The position numbers and the translations under genes were made by a program. A stretch of DNA of 64,000 nucleotides from the human T2T-CHM13v2.0 reference genome, Homo sapiens. The notes under the pieces are model-generated. The model was not told the DNA's origin. It saw nothing but the letters and a program-made list of their open reading frames with translations, and ran no database searches. Shown here piece by piece: positions 43,801 through 54,935 of the stretch. Positions within the stretch are counted from its first letter, which is position 1. Every line of letters begins with the position of its first letter. The DNA is taken from the NCBI RefSeq assembly GCF_009914755.1, contig NC_060933.1; one strand, written 5' to 3'.

Positions 43801-46310
43801 TGGAATGGAACGAAATGGAATGGAATGCAATGGAATGGAATGGAATGGAATGGAATGGAATCGTTCCGAGTGGAATAGGAGGGAATGTATTCGAGTGGAA
43901 TGGAAAGGAATGGAATCAGCAGAGTGGAATGGAAGGGAATGGAATGGAATGGAAACTAATAGAATGGAATCAACCCGAGTGGAATGGAATGGAAAGGACT
44001 GGAATGGATTGGAAAGGAATGGAATGGAATCAACTCGATTGTAATGGAATGGAATGGAATGGAATGGACTGGAATGGAATGGAATTAACCCGAATACAAT
44101 GGAATGGAATGGAATGGAAAGGAATGGAATGGAATGATACGGAATAGAATGGAATGGTACGAAATGGAATGGAATGGAATGGAATGGAATGGAATGGAAT
44201 GGAATGGAATGGTTCCGAGTGGAATAGGAGGGAATGTATTCGAGTGGAATGGAAAGGAATGGAATCAACCAGAGTGGAATGGAAGGGAATGGAATGGAAT
44301 GGAAACTAATAGAATGGAATCAACCCGAGTGGAATGGAATGGAAAGGACTGGAATGGAATGGAATGGAATGGAATCAACTCGATTGTAATGGAATGGAAT
44401 GGAATGGAATGGACTGGAATGGAATGGAATTAACCCGAATACAATGGAATGGAATGGAATGGAACGTAATGGAGTGGAATGGAATGGAATCAACCCGAGT
44501 GCAGGGGAATGGAATGGAATGGAATGCAATGGAATGGAAAGGAAAGGAATGGAATGGAATGGAATGGAATGGAATGGAATGGAATGGAATCAACGCGAGT
44601 GCAGGGGAATGGAATGGAATGGAATGCAATGGAATGCAATCTTCCGGAATGGAATGGAATGGAATGGAATGGAATGGAATGGAATGGAATGGAATTGAAT
44701 GGAATCAACCCGAGTGCAATGGAATGGAGTGGAATGGAATGGAATGGAATGGAACAACCCGAATGGAATCGAATGTAATGGAGAGTAAGGGAGTTGAATA
44801 GAATCAATCCGAATGTAATGGAATGGAATGGAACGGAATGGAATTGAATGGTATGGAATGGAACGCAATGGAATGGAATCAACCCGAATGCAATGGAATG
44901 GAGAGGAATGGAATGGAATGGAAACTACCCGAATGGAATGGAATGTAATGGAGTGTAAGGGAATTGAATAGAATCAATCCGAATATAATGGAATGGAATG
45001 GAACGGAATGGAATGGAATGGAATGGAATGGAATGGAATGCAATGGAATGGAATCAACCCGAGTGCAATCGAATGGAAACGAATGGAATGGAATGTAATG
45101 GAATGGAATGGAATTGTATGGAATGGAATGGAATGGTATGGAATAGAATGGAATGGAAAGAATTGGAATGGAATGGAATCGAATGGAATGGAATGGAATG
45201 GAATGGAATTAACCCGAGTGCAGGGGAATGTAATGGAACGGAATGCAATGGAATGGAATCATCCGGAATGGAATGGAATGGAATGGAATGGAATGGAATC
45301 AACCCGAGTGCAATGGAATGGAGTGGAATGGAATGGAATGGAATGGAACAACCCGAATGGAATGGAATGTAATGGAGAGTAAGGGAGTTGAATAGAATCA
45401 ATCCGAATGTAATGGAATGGAATGCAACGGAATGGAATGGAATGGAATGGAATGGAATGGAATTTAATAGAATGCAAAGGAATGGAATCAACCCGAGTGG
45501 AATGGCATGGAATGGAATGCAATGGATTGAAATGGAATGGAATCAACTCGAGTGGAAAGGAATGGAATGGAATGGAAAGGAATGGAATGAAGTCAATTCG
45601 AGTGGAATGGAATGGAATGGAATGGATTGGAATGGATTACAATGGAATGAAACGGAATGGAATGGAATGGAATCAATCATGGAAGGGAATGTATTGGAGT
45701 GGAAAGAAGGGAATGGAATCAACCCGAGTGGAATGCAAGGCAATGGAATGGAATGGAAAGGAATGGAATGGAATCAACTCGATTGCAATGGAATGGAATG
45801 GAATGGAATGGAATGGAATGGAATGGAATGGAATGGAATTAACCGGAATAGAATGGAATGGAATGGAATGGAACGGAATGGAATGGAATGGAAGGGAATG
45901 GAATCAACACGAGTGCAGGGGAATGGAATGGAATGGAATGCAATGGAATGGAATCATCCGGAATGGAATGGAATGGAATGGAATCAACTCCATTGCAATG
46001 GAATGGAATGGAATGGAATGGAATAGAATGGAATGGAATTAACCTGAATAGATGGAATGCAATAGAATGGAATGCAACGGAAACGAATGGAGTGGAATGG
46101 AATGGAATGGAATCAACCCGAGTACAGGGGAATGGAATGGAATGGAATGCAATGGAATGGAGTCATCCGTAATTGAATGGAAAGGAATGGAATGGAATGG
46201 AATGGAATGGAATGGAATGGAATGGAATGGAATCAACTCGATGGCAATCGAATGGAATGGAATGGAATTAACCCGAATAGAATGGAATGGAATGGAATGG
46301 AACGGAACGG
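37861..46310. repeat. Tandem duplication copy 2 (~8.4 kb, with a 649 bp internal deletion)
   Basis: Near-identical to copy 1. The offset falls from 9060 to 8411 at ~44535, then is 8416 (ORFs 36972/45388, 37241/45657, 37442/45858). Identity ends near 46311. Confidence 0.92.
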
Positions 46311-49300
46311 AATGGCATGGAATGGAATGGAATGGAATGGAATGGAGTGGAACGGAACGGAATGGAATGGAATGGAATGGAATCAACGCGAGTGCAGCGG
46401 AATGGAATGGAATGGAATGCAATGGAATGGAATCTTCCGGAATGGAATGGAATGGAATGGAATGAAAGGCGATGGATTCAACTCGATTGCAATGGAATGG
46501 AATAGAATGGAATGGAATGGAATGGAATGGAATGGAATGGAATTGAATGTAATGGAATGCCTTCAAACCGAATGGAATGGAAAGTAATGGAATCAACACG
46601 AGTAGAAAGGAATGGAATGGAAAGGAATGGAATGGAATGGAATGCAACGGAATAGAACGGAATGGAACGAACTGGAATGGAATGGAATGGAATGGAATGG
46701 AATGGAATGGAATGGAATGGAATGGAATGGAATCGTTCCGAGTGGAATAGGAGGGAATGTATTCGAGTGGAATGGAAAGGAATGGAATCAACCAGAGTGG
46801 AATGGAAGGGAATGGAATGGAATGGAAACTAATAGAATGGAATCAACCCGAGTGGAATGGAATGGAAAGGACTGGAATGGAATGGAATGGAATGGAATCA
46901 ACTCGATTGTAATGGAATGGAATGGAATGGAATGGAATGGAATGGAATGGAATTAACCCGAATACAATGGAATGGAATGGAATGGAACGGAATGGAGTGG
47001 AATGGAATAGAATCAACCCGAGTGCAGGGGAATGGAATGGAATGGAATGCAATGGAATGCAATCATCCGGAATGGAATGGAATGGAATGGAATGCAAAGC
47101 AATGGAATCAACTCGATTGCAATGGAATGGAATGGAATGGAAAGGAATACATTGGAATCAACCCGAGTGGAATGGAATGGAAAGGACTGGAATGGAGTGC
47201 AATGGAATGGAATGGAATGGAATGGAATAAACTCGATTGGAATGGAATGGAATGGAATGGAATGGAATGGAATGGAATGGAATGGAATTAACCCGAATAG
47301 AATGGAATGGAATGGAATGGAACGGAACGGAACGGAACGGAACGGAATGGAATGGAATGGAATGGAATGGAATGGAATGGAATGCAATGGAATGGAATCA
47401 ACCCGAGTGCAATCGAATGGATTCGAATGGAATGGAATGCAATGGAATGGATTCAACTTGAATGGAATGGAAAGAATGGAATCAACACGAGTGGAATGGC
47501 ATGGATTGGAATGCAATGGAATGGAATCAACCCGAGTACAGGGGAATGGAATGGAATGGAATGCAATGGAATGGAATCATCCGTAATGGAATGGAAAGGA
47601 ATGGAATAGAATGGAATGGAATGGAATGGAATGGAATGGAATGGAATGGAATCAACTCGATTTCAATCGAATGGAATGGAATGGAATTAACCCGAATAGA
47701 ATGGAATGGAATGGAATGGAATGGAACGGAACGGAAAGGAATGGAATAGAATGGAATGGAATGGAATGGAATGGAATGGAATCAACCCGAGTACAATGGA
47801 ATGGAATGGAATGGAATGGAATGGAATGGAATGGAATGGAATGGAATGGAATGATACGGAATAGAATGGAATGGACCGAAATGGAATGGAATGGAATGGA
47901 ATGGAATGGAATGGAATGGAATGGTTCCGAGTGGAATAGGAGGGAATGTATTCGAGTGGAATGGAAAGGAATGGAATCAACCAGAGTGGAATGGAAGGGA
48001 ATGGAATGGAATGGAAACTAATAGAATGGAATCAACCCGAGTGGAATGGAATGGAAAGGACTGGAATTGAATGGAATGGAATGGAATCAACTCGATTGTA
48101 ATGGAATGGAATGGAATGGAATGGAATGGAATGGAATTAACCCGAATACAATGGAATGGAATGGAATGGAATGAAATGGAGTGGAATGGAGTGGAATCAA
48201 CCCGAGTGCAGGGGAATGGAATGGAATGGAATGCAATGGAATGCAATCATCCGGAATGGAATGGAATGGAATGGAATGCAAAGCAATGGAATCAACTCGA
48301 TTGCAATGGAATGGAATGGAATGGAAAGGAATACATTGGAATCAAGCCGAGTGGAATGGAATGGAAAGGACTGGAATGGAGTGGAATGGAATGGAATGGA
48401 CTGGAATGGAATGGAATGGAATCAACTCGATTGGAATGGAATGGAATGGAATGGAATGGAATTAACCCGAATAGAATGGAATGGAATGGAATGGAACGGA
48501 ACGGAACGGAACGGAACGGAATGGAATGGAATGGAATGGAACGGAACGGAACGGAATGGAATGGAATGGAATGGAATGGAAAGGAATCAACGTGAGTGCA
48601 GGGGAATGGAATGGAATGGAATGAAATGGAATGGAATCTTCCGGAATGAAATGGAATGGAATGGATTAGAATGGAATGGAATGGAATGGAATGGAATCAA
48701 CCCGAGTGCAATCGAATGGAATCGAATGGAATGGAATGCAATGGAATGGATTCAACTTGAATGGAATGGAAAGAATGGAATCAACACGAGTGGAATGGCA
48801 TGGATTGGAATGGAATGGAATGGAATCAACCCGAGTACAGGGGAATGGAATGGAATGTAATGCAATGGAATGGAATCATCCGTAATGGAATGCAACGGAA
48901 TGGAATGGAATGGAATGGAATGGAATGGAATGTAATGGAATGCAATGGATTCAACTCGATTGCAATGAAATGGAATAGAATGTAATGGAATGGAATGGAA
49001 TGGAATGGAATGGAATGGAATGGAATTAACCCGAATAGAATGGAATGGAATGGTATGGAACGGAACGGAACGGAACGGAACCGAATGGAATGGAATGGAA
49101 TGGAATGGAATGGAATGGAATTGTATGGAATGGAATGGAATGGTACAGAATAGAATGGAATGGAAAGAATTGGAATGGAATGAATCGAATGGAATCGAAT
49201 CGAATGGAATGGAATGGAATGGAATGGAATGGAATGGAATGGAATGGAATGGAATGGAACCAACCCGAGGGCAATGGAATGGATTGGAATGGAATGGAAT

Positions 49301-49924
49301 GGAATGGAACAACCCGAATGGAATGGAATGTAATGGAGAGTAAGGGAGTTGAATAGAATCAATCCGAATGTAATGGAATGGAATGGAACGGAATGGAACG
49401 GAATGGAATGGAATGGAATGCAATGGAATGGAATGAACCCGAGTACAATGGAATGGAATGGAATGGAATGGAATGGAATGGAATGGAATGGAATGGAATG
49501 GAATCAACCCGAGTGCAATGGAATAGAGAGGAAAGGAATGGAATGGAATGGAAACTACCCGAATGGAATGGAATGTAATGAAGTGTAAGGGAATTGAATA
49601 GAATCAATCCGAATGGAATGGAATGTAATGGAACGGAATGTAATGTAATGGACTGGAATGGAATCAACCCGAGTGCAGGGGAATGGAATGGGATGTAATG
49701 CAATGGAATGGAATCATCCGGAATGGAATGGAATGGAATGGAATGGAATCAACCCGAGTGCAAAGGAATGGAGTGAAATGGAATGGAATGGAATGGAAAC
49801 AACCAGAATGGATTGGAATATAATGGAGTGTAAGGGAATTGAATAGAATCAATCTGAATGTAATGAAATGGAATGGAACGGAAAGGAATGGAATGGAATG
49901 GAATGGAATGGAATGCAATGGAAT

Positions 49925-49966
49925 GGAATCAACCCGAGTGCATTCCATTGCATTCTGGTTGTTTCC
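49925..49966. other. Strand-switch junction 2 (GGAAT to CATTC)
   Basis: Sequence reads GGAATCAACCCGAG TGCA TTCCATTGCATTCTGGTTGTTTCC. The switch falls on the self-complementary TGCA at 49939-49942. Confidence 0.97.
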
Positions 49967-52900
49967 ATTCCATTCCATTCCATTTCAGTCCATTCCATTG
50001 CACTCAGGTTGATTCCATTCCATTCCATTCCATTGCATTCCATTCCATTCCATTCCGGATGATTCCATTCCATTGCATTCCATTCCATTCCATTCTCCTG
50101 CACTCGGGTTGATTCCATTCCATTCCATTACATTACATTCCGTTCCATTCCATTCCATTCCTTTCGGATTGATTCTATTCAATTCCCTTACACTCCATTA
50201 CATTCCATTCCATTCGGGTAGTTTCCATTCCATTCCATTCCATTCCTCTCCATTCCATTGCACTCGGGTTGATTCCATTCCATTCCATTCCATTCCATTC
50301 CATTCCATTCCATTCCATTCCATTACATTACATTACATTCCGTTCCATTGTACTCGGGTTGATTCCATTCCGTTGCATTCCATTCCATTCCATTCCATTC
50401 CATTCCGTTCCATTCCATTACATTCGCATTGATTCTATTGAACTCCCTTACTATCCATTACATTCCATTCCATTCGGGTTGTTCTATTCCATTCCATTCC
50501 GTTCCACTCCATTCCATTGCACTCCGGTTGATTCCATTCCATTCCATTCCATTCCATTCCATTCGATTCCATTCCATTCCAATTCTTTCCATTCCATTCT
50601 ATTCCGTACCATTCCATTCCATTCCATACAATTCCATTCCATTCCATTCCACTCCGTTCCGTTCCGTTCCGTTCCGTTCCGTTCCATTCCATTCCATTCC
50701 ATTCTATTCGGTTTAATTCCATTCCATTCCATTCCATTCCATTCTATTCCATTCCATTGCAATCGAGTTGAATCCATTGCATTCCATTCCATTCCATTCA
50801 ATTCCATTCCATTCCGGAAGATTCCATTCCATTGCATTCCATTCCATTCCATTCCATTCCATTCCATTCCATTCCATTCCGTTCCATTCCATTGTACTCG
50901 GGTTGATTCCATTCCATTGCATTCCATTCCATTCCATTCCATTCCATTCCGTTCCATTCCATTCCATTACATTCGGATTGATTCTTTTCAACTCCCTTAC
51001 TCTCCATTCCATTCCATTCCATTCGGGTTGTTCCATTCCATTCCATTCCATTCCACTCCATTCCATTGCACTCGGGTTGATTCCATTCCATTCCATTCCA
51101 TTCCATTCCGGATGATTCCATTCCATTGCATTCCGTTCCATTACGTTCCCGTGCACTCGGGTTGATTCCATTCCATTACTTTCCATTCCATTCCATTCCA
51201 TTCCATTCCATTCCATTCCCCTGCACTCGCGTTGATTCCATTCCATTCCATTCCATTCCATTCCTTTCCATTCCAGTCCTTTCCATTCCATTCCATTCGG
51301 GTTGATTCCATTCTATTAGTTTCCATTCCATTCCATTCCCTTCCATTCTACTCTGGTTGATTCCATTCCTTTCCATTCCACTCGAATACATTCCCTCCTA
51401 TTCCACTCGGAACGATTCCATTCCATTCCATTCGATTCCATTCCATTCCATTCCATTCCATTCCATTTCGTTCCATTCCATTCTATTCCGTATCATTCCA
51501 TTCCGTTCCATTCCATTCCATTCGTGTTGATTCCATTCCTTTCCATTCCATTCGGTTTGAAGGCATTCCAATCAATTCCATTCCCTTCCATTCCATTCCA
51601 TTCCATTCCATTCCATTCCATTCCATTCCATTGTACTCGGGTTGATTCCATTCCATTGCATTCCATTCCATTCCATTCCATTCCATTCCATTCCATTCCG
51701 TTGCATTCTGTTCCATTACATTCAGATTGATTCTATTCAACTCCCTTACTCTCCATTACATTCCATTCCATTCGCGTTGTTCCATTCCATTCCATTCCAT
51801 TCCACTCCATTCCATTGCACTCGGGTTGATTCCATTCCATTCCATTCCATTCCATTCCATTCCATTCCATTCCATTCCATTCCGGATGATTCCATTCCAT
51901 TGCATTCCGTTCCATTACATTCCCCTGCACTCGCGTTGATTCCATTCCATTCCATTCCATTCCATTCCATTCCATTACATTACATTACATTCCGTTCCAT
52001 TGTACTCGGGTTGATTCCATTCCATTGCATTCCATTCCATTCCATTCCGTTCCATTCCGTTCCATTCCATTCCATTCCATTCCATTCCGTTCCGTTCCAT
52101 TCCATTCCATTCCATTCTATTCGGGTTAATTCCATTCCATTCCATTCGATTGCAATCGAGTTGATTCCATTCCATTCCATTCCATTCCATTCCATTCCAT
52201 TCCATTCCTTTCCATTCCGTTACGGATGATTCCAATCCATTGCATTCCATTCCATTCCATTCCCCTGTACTCGGGTTGATTCCATTCCATTCCATTCCAA
52301 TCCATGCCATTCCACTCGTGTTGATTCCATTCTTTCCATTCCATTCAAGTTGAATCCATTCCATTGCATTCCATTCCATTCGATTCCATTCGATTGCACT
52401 CGGGTTGATTCCATTCCATTGCATTCCATTCCATTCCATTCCATTCCATTCCATTCCATTCCGTTCCTTTCCATTCCATTACATTCGGATTGATTCTATT
52501 CAACTCCCTTACTCTCCATTACATTCCATTCCATTCGGGTAGTTTCCATTCCATTCCATTCCATTCCTCTCCATTCCATTGCACTCGGGTTGATTCCATT
52601 CCATTGCATTCCATTCCATTCCATTCCATTCCATTCAATTCCATTCCGTTCCTTTCCATTCCATTACATTCGGATTGATTCTATTCAACTCCCTTACTCT
52701 CCATTACATTCCATTCCATTCGGGTTGTTCCATTCCATTCCATTCCATTCCACTCCATTCCATTGCACTCGGGTTTATTCTATTCCATTCCATTCCATTC
52801 GGGAAGATTCCATTCCATTGCATTCCATTCCATTCCATTCCCCTGCAGTCGCGTAGATTCCATTCCATTCCATTCTATTCCATTCCATTCCCTTCCTTTC

Positions 52901-54367
52901 GTTCCATTCTATTCCATTCCATTCCATTCCATTCCATTCCGTTCCGTTCCATTCCATTGCATTCCATTCTATTCGGTTAATTCCATTCCATTCCATTCGA
53001 TTGCAATCGAGTTGATTCCATTCCATTCCATTCCATTCCGTTCCATTCCATTCCTTTCCATTCCATTACGGATGATTCCATTCCATTGCATTCCATTCCA
53101 TTCCATTCCCCTGTACTCGGGTTGATTCCATTCCATTCCATTCCAATCCATGCCATTCCACTCGTGTTGATTCCATTCTTTCCATTCCATTCAAGTTGAA
53201 TCCATTCCATTGCATTCCATTCCATTCGATTCCATTCGATTGCACTCGGGTTGATTCCATTCCATTGCATTCCATTCCATTCCATTCCATTCCATTCCGT
53301 TCCATTCCATTTCATTACATTCAGATTGATTCTATTCAATTCCCTTACACTCCATTATATTCCAATCCATTCTGGTTGTTTCCATTCCATTCCATTCCAT
53401 TTCACTCCATTCCATTGCACTCGGGTTGATTCCATTCCATTCCATTCCATTGCATTCCATTCCATTCCATTCCGGATGATTTCATTCCATTGCATTCCGT
53501 TCCATTACATTCCCCTGCACTCGGGTTAATTCCATTCCATTCCATTCCATTCCATTCGATTCCATTCCATTCCAATTCTTTCCATTCCATTCTATTCCAT
53601 ACCATTCCATTCCATTCCATACAATTCCATTCCATTCCATTACATTCCATTCCATTCCATTCAGTTCCGTTCCGTTCCGTTCCGTTCCGTTCCATTCCAT
53701 TCCATTCCATTTTATTCCGGTTAATTCCATTCCATTCCATTCCATTCCATTCTATTCCATTCCATTGCAATCGAGTTGAATCCATTGCATTCCATTCCAT
53801 TCCATTCCATTACATTACATTCCGGAAGATTCCATTCCATTGCGTTCCATTCCATTCCATTCCCCTGTACTCGGGTTGATTCCATTCCATTGCATTCCAT
53901 TCCATTCCATTCCATTCCATTCCGTTCCATTCCATTCCATTACATTCGGATTGATTGTATTCAACTCCCTTACTCTCCATTACATTCCATTCCATTCGGG
54001 TTGTTCCATTCCATTCCATTCCATTCCACTCCATTCCATTGCACTGGGGTTGATTCCATTCCATTCCATTCCATTCCATTCCATTCGATTCCATTCCATT
54101 CCAATTCATTCCATTCCATTCTATTCCATACCATTCCATTCACTTCCATTCCATTCCATTCCATTCCATTCCGTTCCTTTCCTTTCCGTTCCGTTCCGTT
54201 CCGTTCCGTTCCATTCCATTCCATTCCATTTTATTCGGGTTAATTCCATTCCATTCCATTCCATTCCATTCCATTCCATTCTATTCCATTCCATTGCAAT
54301 CGAGTTGAATCCATTGCATTCCATTCCATTCCATTCCACTCCATTCCATTCCATTCCATACCATTCC

Positions 54368-54935
54368 ATTCCGGAAGATTCCATTCCATTGCGTTCCATT
54401 CCATTCCATTCCCCTACACTCGCGTTGATTCCATTCCATTCCATTCCATTCCATTCCATTCCATTCCGTTCCGTTCCATTGCATTCCATTCCATTCCATT
54501 CCATTCCATTCCATTCCGTTCCGTTCCGTTCCATTCCATTCCATTCCATTCTATTCGCGTTAATTCCATTCCATTCCATTCGATTGTAATCCAGTTGATT
54601 CCATTCAATTCCATTCCATTCCATTCCATTCCATTCCATTCCATTCCATTCCATACAATTCCATTCCGGAAGATTCCATTCCATTGCGTTCCATTCCATT
54701 CCATTCCATTCCCCTACACTCGCGTTGATTCCAATCCATTCCATTCCATTCCATTCCATTCCATTCCATTCCATTCCATTCCATTCCATTCCGTTCCGTT
54801 CCATTGCATTCCATTCCATTCCATTCCATTCCATTCCGTTCCGTTCCGTTCCATTCCATTCCATTCCATTCCATTCTATTTGCGTTAATTCCATTCCATT
54901 CCATTCGATTGTAATCGAGTTGATTCCATTCAATT
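54368..54935 (+). repeat. ~300 bp tandem pair (paralogous 280 bp pair at ~62909-63435)
   Basis: CCCCTACACT at 54411 and 54711; TCCGGAAGAT at 62911 and 63191; TCCCCTACAC at 62951 and 63231. Confidence 0.82.

Larger units (their letters stand above)
22424..49940 (-). repeat. HSat3 array block 2, inverted orientation (GGAAT on the + strand), ~27.5 kb
   Basis: Continuous (GGAAT)n with CAACCCGAGT, CAACTCGATT and TAACCCGAAT words, i.e. the reverse complements of block 1 words. I saw no CATTC-oriented stretch inside it. Confidence 0.97.

Noticed and set aside
22424-49940. Inverted block as a mobile element with terminal repeats
   Set aside because: Its content is the same satellite in the opposite orientation, with no transposase, RT, LTR or poly(A). 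I saw no Alu or L1 insertion anywhere in the window.
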